Of a DNA stretch of 64,000 nt, positions 17,780 through 26,636 are shown piece by piece. The notes under the pieces were generated by a model. It was not told the DNA's origin. It ran no database searches and saw nothing but the letters and a program-made list of their open reading frames with translations. Both the position numbers and the translations under genes were made by a program. This DNA comes from Rickettsiales bacterium (lineage in GTDB: Bacteria; Pseudomonadota; Alphaproteobacteria; Rs-D84), in contig JAISKV010000007.1 in assembly GCA_031260805.1 (NCBI GenBank), positions 4,822-68,821 on the forward strand, read 5' to 3'. Position 1 is the stretch's first letter; each line of letters begins with the position of its first letter.

Positions 17780-19921
17780 TCAATTCCCGACGAATCCATG
17801 TTTTACGATATATTCGCGGAAAGTCGGAATTATCGCGCTGCGGTCCATTTTTACCTGTTCCCAACCGCCGATATTACAGAAAACGCTCGCGCCTTCGGCG
17901 AAATAATACCCCAGCCCCGCCAGCGCGCCGACACCGGTTCCAATCAGCAGTCCTGTCCCTTTTGCCGTCTTGAAGAACGGTTTTTTATTGCTTTTTTCAG
18001 CCTGGATGGTCGCATCAATTCCGGTTATTATTGATTGAGTTGTCATTTGCAGATCAATGTTCAATCCAATCGCATCTATCAATTCATCCAAATCGGGCAT
18101 CTCGGCAGAATCACTGTAATCACGCAATGCGGTCAATGACCCGTAGATAGTCCATAATCTGTCCGAAGTATTATCCGCGGTATTATAGCTTTGATTATAA
18201 GTCTCTGCCGTCGGAAAAATTTTATTTATGTCGTCATTGTTGCATTGAGAATTGCCGATGCTGCTGAATTTGGTATTATTACTCGACTTTACCAATATCC
18301 AGTTCAGAATATCGCCGGTTCCGCTGCCGCCCAGATTGCTGTTCCGTATTTCTTTGTCAAAAATAAAATTTTTCAGCAAGTTCTTATTCGGCTGCGCCAC
18401 CCCGTTAACATCAGGCTTGTTTTTATAATTATCCAGAAATCTTAATCTGTAATAGTCCGCTTGGATTGTCGCTTCGCGATCAACTTCATTGCTTCCAAAT
18501 CCATCGCGCCAAAAGCAGCCGGCATCTTTTGTAACAGTGCCCGAGTGCCAGAATTTTTCATTATTTATATACGAGCCGTTGCCGCGCGCATTATAACTTT
18601 TATTGCTTTCGTTGTATGGATTGGAAAACTCGGAATCATAATCATAATAATCTTTTGCGCAGTCCGCCATTTTTATAAGGCTTCTATGCATGTACTGAAA
18701 CTGGCAGTATTTTACATCATCTTCCGTATCCGACTTGCAATCGCTGGTCCCTGTTATTTTTATACGGCCCCATTTTTGACCAACATTTTGATTCACGGAT
18801 ATCAATTCATTAAACATGCGGCCGGCGCATTTGTCTGCGAGTTCCAGCAATGCTTTTGTTTTGTTGCGATTCCCGCTGTCAACCGTTCCGGAAAATTTGT
18901 CCAGTCCCAAACATTTTATCAAATCGTCTTTTTCATCAGGCAGCACATAATCGCGATCCCCGCATCTGCCCACCGCCCCCGCATTTATATTTGCATTGGC
19001 ATTTACGCTGGCCGAGACATTCGCCTGCAATTTAGCATTTAATGCGTCAAGTTTCTTGTCATTGTTATGATCAATTATCGCGCCCACGCCGAGACCTATG
19101 GTCGCGCCGCCGACAACCATTGTCGGAATAACCCACTGGCTGGTGCGGCGCATCGCATCAATCTGCTCGAACAAGTCTGCATTGCATTTCACGCTGGTCC
19201 CCATAGGCGCGTATGCGACGACATCCGCGCCGCTTTTCTTGATAATGCCGGACCAGTTGTGCGCGACAATTGGGATAAAGCATTGTTTGGTATTTTCATC
19301 AAACTGCGCCTGGTGTCCGTCCGCATAAATCCCCTGGCACGCGCGGCGCGCGGTCCCCAATGACACCCCCAACGAATCCACCCAAGGCTCGTCCGATTTT
19401 GGATTGTAAGCGGCCAGGCATCCGCTGGAATTTTTCGCCCATTGCTCTTCCGTTGTGGAATCAGTCCAGATTGTCGTTCCATTAAACAATGTCGTCTGAA
19501 CCAAGATATTATTTGTCCGCGGACTTAATAAATAATCGCCCGTCATGGATTGGCTGGGACAATCCGGATTTGGCTTTATGCCGTTATTGCCATTGCCGCC
19601 GCCGTTTCCGTTTCCATTTCCACCGTTTCCGCCGCCGCCATCGCCACCGCTGCCGCCGCTGTTTCCGCCGCCGTTGCCATTGCCATTTCCGCCGTTATTC
19701 TGTGCGGCCACGCTGCCGCCTGATGCCGCATCGCCATTCTGAATATTCCCAATAACCCCAATTGACAGCGTTGGAACGCTGGGCATTTTCTGGTACTGGG
19801 TGGTCGTCATTACCCCGGACAGGCTGCCCGGGCGGGCGCGAGAGCCATCAGCAGCATTTGCCGCGACTGCGGCAAATGCTGCAATGAATAATGAATAACG
19901 AATAACGAACAATCTTTTCAT
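17780..19921 (-). CDS. Large exported Cys-rich protein with Gly/Asn low-complexity tract and Gly-zipper TM segments (paralog A)
   Basis: 713 aa. Signal peptide MKRLFVIRYSLFIAAFAAVAANA-AD, conserved QKMPSVPTLSIGVIGNIQNG, then about 45 aa of G/N repeats. Hydrophobic GGATIGLGVGAII and GTGLLIGTGVGALAGLGYY. No family I recognise. Confidence 0.7.
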   Translation of the reverse strand: MKRLFVIRYSLFIAAFAAVAANAADGSRARPGSLSGVMTTTQYQKMPSVPTLSIGVIGNIQNGDAASGGSVAAQNNGGNGNGNGGGNSGGSGGDGGGGNGGNGNGNGGGNGNNGIKPNPDCPSQSMTGDYLLSPRTNNILVQTTLFNGTTIWTDSTTEEQWAKNSSGCLAAYNPKSDEPWVDSLGVSLGTARRACQGIYADGHQAQFDENTKQCFIPIVAHNWSGIIKKSGADVVAYAPMGTSVKCNADLFEQIDAMRRTSQWVIPTMVVGGATIGLGVGAIIDHNNDKKLDALNAKLQANVSASVNANANINAGAVGRCGDRDYVLPDEKDDLIKCLGLDKFSGTVDSGNRNKTKALLELADKCAGRMFNELISVNQNVGQKWGRIKITGTSDCKSDTEDDVKYCQFQYMHRSLIKMADCAKDYYDYDSEFSNPYNESNKSYNARGNGSYINNEKFWHSGTVTKDAGCFWRDGFGSNEVDREATIQADYYRLRFLDNYKNKPDVNGVAQPNKNLLKNFIFDKEIRNSNLGGSGTGDILNWILVKSSNNTKFSSIGNSQCNNDDINKIFPTAETYNQSYNTADNTSDRLWTIYGSLTALRDYSDSAEMPDLDELIDAIGLNIDLQMTTQSIITGIDATIQAEKSNKKPFFKTAKGTGLLIGTGVGALAGLGYYFAEGASVFCNIGGWEQVKMDRSAIIPTFREYIVKHGFVGN

Positions 19922-19925
19922 TTTA

Positions 19926-21965
19926 TTACCGCCCCTGCTCTACAATCCCGTTTCCGCCGATAACCGCGACGCCGTTGCTTTGCCAGACACCTTCGGCGTT
20001 ATAACCCCAATTTTCGTAAGTCGCAACCTGGGACGCATTTATATTTCCATGTCCGCCGTTGCCGTTGCCGCCATGACCGCCGCCGTGTTCGCCGTTGCCA
20101 TTGTCATTGCCGCCGGAATTATTATCACGAACAGCGCAGGTCCCCTGGCCGTCCACGCACGCGCCCTGGCTTACCGCGACAGAAATACTCTCTACGCAAT
20201 TGCCGCCGCGGACTGCGCACGCATTGTCAACAATAGTCCGCGCATTCTGATAACTTATCTGCGTCGTCGGGCACAGCGCCAGATCCAGGACAGACGCGCA
20301 GGCATTTTTCCAATCATTGCAATTATTCACAATTCCATTCGGGCGCACAGCATCCGGCAGATTCAGATTCCACATGACATAGTATTCTTTCAGCGATTTG
20401 ATCCGCCCCGTCTTGCCGTATCCGATTTTTTCCAGACCGTCGCCAATGCTGCACGATATATTGTTCTTTTCCAAGAACGAAGATATCAGCGTCGCCGCGC
20501 CGCCCGCCGCCAATCCGGTCAGTCCGCCAACCACTGCGCCCTTGGCCGTGTTTCCGGCATTTATGATTTTAAGATTATTGACAATCGCCGCGGCCGCGCA
20601 ATTTGATGAAGTCGCAACCGTGCTGCTGGAACCGAGTCCAGATGCATTCACAACCGTGTTGCCGACTGTCTGCTGGCCGTTTGTTATCGCAGTGTCATTT
20701 ACCTTCGCCGATACGGCCGTGCCGCCGCCGACCCCGGCGCATTGCGTTCTGGGCAGTGATGCAATTTGATTGCAGATGTCTTCTGTCAGATTTATGTCAT
20801 TCGCATAGTCAAATGCCGGAACAACGCCGCCGATAACCCGTCCGGCATCCGCCGCGACAATTTCCGCATGCAACTGCAACCTGTCTTTTTCGTCCTTGCA
20901 ATTTAACTTTTTCGCCTTTTCAACACCGTATCCTATAAGCGATCCTGCGACCGCGCCGCCGGGCATCGCGACCGCGCCGATCGTGTATGTGGTATTCAGC
21001 AAAGAAAACTCAAACAAATCGCCGTTGCAGATAAAACTGTCCCCTGTTTTCTTCCAAGCCTCGGCCGGGCGTTCGTCGCCTGCGATTCCGAACAGCCAAT
21101 CGTTCGTTATCATTTTTCCGCCATTGTACGCCGCGACGCGCACGCTGCACTGCGCCGCCGTAGCGTCCCAGCGCGCATAGTATCCGCGCTGGCCGTTTAT
21201 TCCGGTCGTGTTGACCTGGCTTCCAAGCGGATTGTTTTTTATCAGAACATTTCCATTCGCGCCGTTATACGCGCCGACCTGAATATCATATTCGGTCGTT
21301 ACCTTGTCGTGATCAGACACGCCGGCCAGACCGCTGCCGTAAACATTGCGATCCAGCAGCAGGCAGGTGTTTTCCGCCTGGTTCGGGGTCAGCCCCGTAT
21401 TCTGCAAGACAAAGTTATAATACGCCGGCGTTATAACGCGCGACAGAAAGTCGCGCCACACATCGGTCGCGCCGCAATAAATCTGATACTTGTCATCGCC
21501 GTCGCATTTGGTTATGTTCGCGATGCAGAAATCAACCTGGGCGCGGCACAGGTTCATGCCGACAATGATATCCGCGGAAATATTGCGGTCATACAGTGTC
21601 GCCAGGCCATTCGCCAAACCGCCGCCTGTGATGCAGGATTGAAGGTCATTCATGCAGTTTGTAATCGTGTATCCCGATGGCAGGCATTTTGGAACATCCG
21701 GCCCCGGCTTTTCCGGCTTGTCAGGTTTTTCCGGCGGGGTTGGCGGCGTTATCGGGGTCGGCGTCACAACCGCCGGATTCTGTATGGTTGCCGCGGTCGT
21801 TCCCTGCTTGATATTTCCGACAACGCCGATGGACAGCGTCGGCACGGATGGCATGCGCGCGGCGTTCGCCTGCGCCTGCATCGCCAATTGAATCCGGTTG
21901 GATTCTGCGGCATTCGCCGCGAATGCAATCAAGAAATAACCATTAAGAATTAAAAATTTTTTCAT
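19926..21965 (-). CDS. Large exported Cys-rich protein, paralog B of the preceding gene
   Basis: 679 aa. Signal peptide MKKFLILNGYFLIAFAANA-AE, ARMPSVPTLSIGVVGNIKQG, PT/PEKP linker, many Cys. Segments alignable to paralog A (FICNGDLFEF...GGAVAGSLIGYG versus VKCNADLFEQ...GGATIGLGVGAI). Gly/Asn/His-rich C-terminus. Confidence 0.7.
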   Translation of the reverse strand: MKKFLILNGYFLIAFAANAAESNRIQLAMQAQANAARMPSVPTLSIGVVGNIKQGTTAATIQNPAVVTPTPITPPTPPEKPDKPEKPGPDVPKCLPSGYTITNCMNDLQSCITGGGLANGLATLYDRNISADIIVGMNLCRAQVDFCIANITKCDGDDKYQIYCGATDVWRDFLSRVITPAYYNFVLQNTGLTPNQAENTCLLLDRNVYGSGLAGVSDHDKVTTEYDIQVGAYNGANGNVLIKNNPLGSQVNTTGINGQRGYYARWDATAAQCSVRVAAYNGGKMITNDWLFGIAGDERPAEAWKKTGDSFICNGDLFEFSLLNTTYTIGAVAMPGGAVAGSLIGYGVEKAKKLNCKDEKDRLQLHAEIVAADAGRVIGGVVPAFDYANDINLTEDICNQIASLPRTQCAGVGGGTAVSAKVNDTAITNGQQTVGNTVVNASGLGSSSTVATSSNCAAAAIVNNLKIINAGNTAKGAVVGGLTGLAAGGAATLISSFLEKNNISCSIGDGLEKIGYGKTGRIKSLKEYYVMWNLNLPDAVRPNGIVNNCNDWKNACASVLDLALCPTTQISYQNARTIVDNACAVRGGNCVESISVAVSQGACVDGQGTCAVRDNNSGGNDNGNGEHGGGHGGNGNGGHGNINASQVATYENWGYNAEGVWQSNGVAVIGGNGIVEQGR

Positions 21966-22011
21966 ATCTCATGTCTCGTATTTCATATTTCATTTTATCA
22001 CAAACAGCGCG

Positions 22012-24222
22012 TCAAACCAAATGCCGTTTTTTATTTCCGTCCGGCGACGATATTATTCCGTTCTTTTCCAATTCCTCGAACGCAATCGCGGCCTTGTTGT
22101 ACCCGACGCCCAGTTGCCGCTGGACGAACGACACATTTATCTTGTCAGGATTGTTTCGCACGATTTCAACCGCGCGCGCGTAAACGGCCGGATCCTTGAC
22201 CGATGCCGTACCGCCTGCCGCGCCGAAATCAATGGCGGCCGGATCTTCGTCTTCGCCGACGCCGTCAAAATACTGCGGCTCGCTCTGGGCCCGCAGAAAG
22301 TCCGCCACTTTGCGAATTTCAGAATTGTCAATCCATGCGCCGTGAATGCGCAGCGGCGTCTTGCCCGCTTCGGAATACAGCATGTCGCCGAACGCCAGCA
22401 ATTGTTCCGCGCCCTTTTCGCCCAGCGTCGTCATAGAGTCAATGTTGGAACGCGCCTGAAAAGAAATCCGCGTCGGAAAGTTCGCCTTGATAACGCCAGT
22501 TATGACGGAAGTATCCGGCCGCTGGGTCGCCGCGATAACATGAATTCCGGCCGCGCGCGCCTTTTGCGCCAGACGCAGCACAGCCGCCTCTACCTCCTTG
22601 CGTGCGACGGACATCAGGTCCGACACTTCGTCAATTATTATGACTAGATACGGAATGTGCGATAAATCAACGGGCCGCTCTTCATACTGCATGCTGCCAG
22701 TTTCTTCATCTTTGCCAACCAAAACCCGCTCGGTCTTTGCTTCGCCGGATTCGCGCAGGCGCGCCGCTTCGGCATTGTACGCGGCCAGATCGTTCGCGCC
22801 CAGTTTTTTAAGTTTGGCAAACCGGTCGTCCATTTCGCGCACCGCCCACTTTAACACATTCACAGCCTTTTGCGCGTCGTTCGCCACAATCGGCGCGGCC
22901 AAGTGCGGAATGTCGCGCCACTGCGTGAAATCAACGCCCTTGGGATCCACAATTATTATCCGGCACTCGCCCGGCGTGTTATGATAAACCAATGACATAA
23001 GGATTGATTGAACGAATACGGACTTGCCCGATCCCGTGCGCCCCGCAATCAACGCGTGCGGCATCTTGCCCAGATTCACTATGACCGGCCGGCCGCCGAT
23101 ATCCACGCCCAAAGCCAGCGGCAGTTCATACCGCGAATTGATGAAGTCCGGATTTGACATCATCGTCTGATACCGGACATCTTCGCGCGCGGGATTCACC
23201 ATTTCAACGCCGACATATGTCGTCATCGGAATCGGGGCGATTCGGATTTTCTCGGTCGCCATCGCGCGCGCCATATCCTGGACAGTCTTGGTTATGTCGT
23301 TAAAGCGCATTCCGTCGGCCGGCTCAAACTCATACAGCGTGATTATCGGGCCGGGCTTGATTCCGGCAACGCGGCCGAACACGCCGTACTTCTCGAAATT
23401 CTTTTCCATGCGCGCGCCGGTGTCGCGCAGTTCCTGGGTAAGACGGCCGGCAGTGAACACGGACTTGGCCAGCAGCAGCGGCGACGGCAACGAAAATTCA
23501 CCGGCATGCGCGGCGGTCTTTTTCGGCGGCGATTTTTTCGCCGCGACGGTTTTTATTTCTTCTTTTTTATTTTTTATTCTTTTTTCTTTTACCTTGCTCT
23601 GGGCCTGGGATTCATCATTTTCTTCGTCATTGTCAGCAGGCGGCCGCTGATAAATATGCAGCGCGCGCGCGAAGAACAGGATTATTGATTTCGCCAGCGA
23701 TAAAACCTGGGCCACATCGGACCACTTGATGCGCAGGACAATCCCGGCCAGCAGTAAAAACACGCAGCAGAAAACCGCGCCGGCCAGCGTCGTCCATCCG
23801 CCGATTAGAAAGTGCAGATCTCGCGCGACAACCGCGCCGGCCAGCCCGCCGATTTTAAGCGCGGCGCCCAATCCGGATACGCCGAAGACAATCGCGGCCA
23901 GCGCCAGAATCCAATCAAATTCCGGAGAATCGTTTTCCCACCGCGCCGCGCGCGACAGCCCGCACCGCGCAATGAATAAAAACAGAAAAATACTTGGAAT
24001 CCAGCCGATGTAGAAATTAACAGTGGACGCGGCGTTGCCGATCCACGACCGCGTCCCGAAATCGGACGCCGATTGGAACCCGGCAAAATCCGCATGGTAC
24101 AAGCATAACGAAATTATGAAAACCACGCCGGCCAGAAAAATGCATAAGCCAAAAATGCGCCAAACAAATTCTTTGATTGACGCCTTCCATGTTTCCGGAA
24201 TAAGTGGCTTTTTGTCTGGCAT
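22012..24222 (-). CDS. ftsK: DNA translocase FtsK
   Basis: 736 aa. 4-5 N-terminal TM helices, charged K/E linker, motor domain with Walker A GRTGSGKSV and Walker B VIIIDEVSDL, C-terminal gamma winged helix (VSFVQRQLGVGYNKAA). Confidence 0.93.
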   Translation of the reverse strand: MPDKKPLIPETWKASIKEFVWRIFGLCIFLAGVVFIISLCLYHADFAGFQSASDFGTRSWIGNAASTVNFYIGWIPSIFLFLFIARCGLSRAARWENDSPEFDWILALAAIVFGVSGLGAALKIGGLAGAVVARDLHFLIGGWTTLAGAVFCCVFLLLAGIVLRIKWSDVAQVLSLAKSIILFFARALHIYQRPPADNDEENDESQAQSKVKEKRIKNKKEEIKTVAAKKSPPKKTAAHAGEFSLPSPLLLAKSVFTAGRLTQELRDTGARMEKNFEKYGVFGRVAGIKPGPIITLYEFEPADGMRFNDITKTVQDMARAMATEKIRIAPIPMTTYVGVEMVNPAREDVRYQTMMSNPDFINSRYELPLALGVDIGGRPVIVNLGKMPHALIAGRTGSGKSVFVQSILMSLVYHNTPGECRIIIVDPKGVDFTQWRDIPHLAAPIVANDAQKAVNVLKWAVREMDDRFAKLKKLGANDLAAYNAEAARLRESGEAKTERVLVGKDEETGSMQYEERPVDLSHIPYLVIIIDEVSDLMSVARKEVEAAVLRLAQKARAAGIHVIAATQRPDTSVITGVIKANFPTRISFQARSNIDSMTTLGEKGAEQLLAFGDMLYSEAGKTPLRIHGAWIDNSEIRKVADFLRAQSEPQYFDGVGEDEDPAAIDFGAAGGTASVKDPAVYARAVEIVRNNPDKINVSFVQRQLGVGYNKAAIAFEELEKNGIISSPDGNKKRHLV

Positions 24223-24294
24223 TTTTCAAGGTTAGAGGTCAGATGTTTAAGGTTAGAGGCTTGTCCAATAACCTTGTCCATAAAACATCCGGCC

Positions 24295-24573
24295 TTAAAT
24301 TTTCTTGGATGTTTTTTTAACCGCCGGCTTTTTGGCAGGCGCTTTCTTGGCGACCGGCTTTTTGGCCGCCGCAGGCTTTGCTTTTCTCGCGGGGGCCTTT
24401 TTCACCGCAGCCGGTATGGCCGCGGGTTTGTCGTCCTCCGCCGGTTTTATTTCTTTCTTGAAAACTTTGATGCCTTCGGCAAAGTTCTTCATTATCTGCG
24501 GAATTTTCGCCGATCCGAACAACAGCAGCACCAAGACCACAATTACCAATATTTCCCAAAATCCAGTTCTCAT
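24295..24573 (-). CDS. tatA: Sec-independent translocase TatA/E with Lys/Ala/Pro-rich tail
   Basis: MRTGFWEILVIVVLVLLLFGSAKIPQIMKNFAEGIKVFKKE is the canonical TatA TM plus amphipathic helix. The tail is KPAAAKKPVAKKAPAKKPAVKKTSKKI. Confidence 0.85.
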   Translation of the reverse strand: MRTGFWEILVIVVLVLLLFGSAKIPQIMKNFAEGIKVFKKEIKPAEDDKPAAIPAAVKKAPARKAKPAAAKKPVAKKAPAKKPAVKKTSKKI

Positions 24574-24587
24574 ATTTTACTCCTCGC

Positions 24588-25304
24588 TTATTTTGTTATA
24601 TAGCATTCCAAGCCGTCGGATTTCGCATTGCGGCAAAATCCGTTCGCGTCTTCCACAGTCTTGAATCCGACGCGCAGGCGATAAGTCGTCGTTCCGTTCG
24701 GCAGCACCGCGGACAAGACGACAAACTGCTTGCCGCTGAACAGGTTCGCGTGGTTCGCGCGGATTTTTTTCTGCGCGGATTCCGCCAACGCCCGCGTGGA
24801 ATAAGATCCGAACTGAACATAATACGCGGCTGTCGCAGCAGCCGCCGCGGGCTTGGCCGGCGCGGCGACCGGCTTTGGCTTGGACGACGCCGATTTCTTG
24901 GCAGAGTCAAATTTTACTTCGGCCCGGTCGGTTATCTCGCGCACGGGGGCGGTTTCCTGAACCGGCGCCGGCGCATGAACTTCTTTTTTCGGCGCGACGG
25001 CAACAGAATCCGCCTGGCCGTTTATGACGCGATCCGCAGACTCTGTGAATCCGTCGCCCGCCGCCGGCACGGAAGATTCAACCACCGGTGCATCCAAATC
25101 AATGTCCAGAGAATCGCGCGAACCGGTCCCCACCACGCGCAGAATAATGAATACCGCCATCGCGATAATCAGAACGCCCAGACCGATAAACAGCCACGGA
25201 CGGCGCGGACGCGGGGAAGCGAAAGGATCGCCGCCCAATTGCTCTATATCGGAATCGTCTTCCAGTTCCAATAATTCCAAATCGTCTTTTTCAAGTTCAG
25301 CCAT
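24588..25304 (-). CDS. SPOR-domain (septal peptidoglycan-binding) membrane protein
   Basis: 238 aa. Acidic N-terminus, one TM (WLFIGLGVLIIAMAVFIIL), Ala/Pro linker, C-terminal SPOR-like YYVQFGSYSTRALAESAQKKI...TTYRLRVGF. Confidence 0.75.
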   Translation of the reverse strand: MAELEKDDLELLELEDDSDIEQLGGDPFASPRPRRPWLFIGLGVLIIAMAVFIILRVVGTGSRDSLDIDLDAPVVESSVPAAGDGFTESADRVINGQADSVAVAPKKEVHAPAPVQETAPVREITDRAEVKFDSAKKSASSKPKPVAAPAKPAAAAATAAYYVQFGSYSTRALAESAQKKIRANHANLFSGKQFVVLSAVLPNGTTTYRLRVGFKTVEDANGFCRNAKSDGLECYITK

Positions 25305-25397
25305 GATATCCCCCTGCTCTTTTGCATAATTATATCACAAAAAAGAGTGAAAGAGTGAAAAAAGTGAATATGACGAAATTTAACTTTTTCACTTCTT

Positions 25398-26300
25398 TCA
25401 CTTTATTTCTTTCACCTGCTTTGGATCAAACAGCATGTATCCGTTCCGGCTGTATCCGGCAGGCTGTAATTTTTTTATGCCGACCCAATAGCGTATGGTT
25501 GATACCGGCAGCCCGGACAATTTTGCGAATTTTGCAATCGTCATTAATTTTTTTGTATCGGGCGCATCTTTTGTCAGCAAGTCTATCGCGATAGCCAGCG
25601 AGCGAGACAATGCGGACAACATGAATTTAATATATTTTTCCGCCGGCTGCCCAGATTGCAGCGATTCAATCGCGCCCAAGTATCGCTTTCTATCTATCGG
25701 CCTGATTATAATCGGCGCATAATCCGCAGCCAATAACATATAATTCATCAATAACCGCGCAGTCCGGCCGTTGCCATCAATAAAAGGATGAATGCTTACA
25801 AGTTTGACATGCGCCATTATTGATTTTAATGGCTCTGCCGTTTTATCTGTTTGCAGCCATGCACCAAATTCTGTCATCAAGTCCGGAACTTTCAGCGGAT
25901 TTGACAGAACAACCTGAGAACCGGATATGCGGACACGAACGCGGCGATAAAATCCTGCGCTTTCGCGGTCTATTCCGGACAGTATGCGCGCGTGGATTTC
26001 CAATATAAATTTTTCGGCGGCCGGCGCTTTTTTACCCAGCGCATCAATAATAAAATCATACGCGTCGGCATGATTGCGCGCTTCTATATAATCCTTTATC
26101 GGCTTGGTTCCGTTGGTCAAATCCTCGTTTATCGCCAGTTCTGTTTCGCGGCGCGACAGGGTATTGCCTTCAATGGCGTTGGAAGTATATGCAAGTTCCG
26201 TTTTTAGAAAACCAAACAATACTTTGCGATTTTGATTTTCGCGCAACAGCCGTTTTAGAACATTATGCTTTTCGCTGATTTTTTTAATTAAATTATCCAT
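25398..26300 (-). CDS. fic: Fic family protein with N-terminal auto-inhibitory motif and C-terminal MerR-type HTH
   Basis: Fic motif HPFIDGNGRTARLL. Inhibitory-helix motif (S/T)xxxE(G/N) as TSNAIEGN. C-terminal MTIAKFAKLSGLPVSTIRYWVGIKKL resembles a MerR-family HTH. Confidence 0.8.
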   Translation of the reverse strand: MDNLIKKISEKHNVLKRLLRENQNRKVLFGFLKTELAYTSNAIEGNTLSRRETELAINEDLTNGTKPIKDYIEARNHADAYDFIIDALGKKAPAAEKFILEIHARILSGIDRESAGFYRRVRVRISGSQVVLSNPLKVPDLMTEFGAWLQTDKTAEPLKSIMAHVKLVSIHPFIDGNGRTARLLMNYMLLAADYAPIIIRPIDRKRYLGAIESLQSGQPAEKYIKFMLSALSRSLAIAIDLLTKDAPDTKKLMTIAKFAKLSGLPVSTIRYWVGIKKLQPAGYSRNGYMLFDPKQVKEIK

Positions 26301-26440
26301 AATATTTACTTCATAGTTTCAATATTTGCATACTATCAAGTATAAGGTTAAATGTCAATGAAAATCTCATAAATTATATATGCGGAAATCTTATTCACTT
26401 TCCGCTTTCCCTGTTCCGATTTTTGTTCTATAATCCGCGC

Positions 26441-26614
26441 GATGACAGGCGTTCTGTCATTGGGGTGTGATGACCCGTAAAAACTAGGCGTCCGCGGGGA
26501 CGATAAACACCCTCCGACCATGGTTGGAGGGCCGGTGTCATATATTGAAAGCACCGCACTATACCTAGTTTGTAGTCATCAACCTCCAGCCACCCATTTT
26601 CCGGTGGCTTTTTT
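26441..26614 (+). ncRNA. Candidate structured RNA (sRNA or riboswitch-like leader), class unknown
   Basis: TATAAT at 26429-26434. Nested helices: 26442-48/26454-60; 26462-74/26575-87; 26484-88/26564-68; hairpins 26489-26502, 26510-31 and 26533-56. Ends in a canonical intrinsic terminator, agccacc-cattttcc-ggtggct plus TTTTT (26588-26614). The downstream gene ATG is at 26637. Confidence 0.5.
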
Positions 26615-26636
26615 GTCGCAGAAATGGGGATTTACG

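Noticed and set aside
19489-19761. ORFs of 61-88 aa in the Gly/Asn tract region (both strands)
   Set aside because: They are alternative frames of the GGNGNG-coding repeat of the 713-aa gene and translate to low-complexity Pro/Arg/Ala strings.
26441-26614. Assigning the structured RNA to 6S, SRP/4.5S, tmRNA or RNase P
   Set aside because: I could not find the hallmark motifs: the SRP GGAA/AGCA domain IV, the tmRNA tRNA-like TTCGA/ACCA end, or the RNase P GGAAAGTCCGG. The class is therefore left open.
26520-26636. N-terminal extensions given by the ORF track. Affected track starts: 26520, 30572, 53747, 55218, 55283, 45517, 51773, 30563, 6899, 9952, 14579, 39608.
   Set aside because: The track takes the most upstream ATG/GTG/TTG. 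In each case the extension runs through a terminator, a word repeat or a neighbouring gene. An internal ATG with an SD or a signal peptide is the better start.
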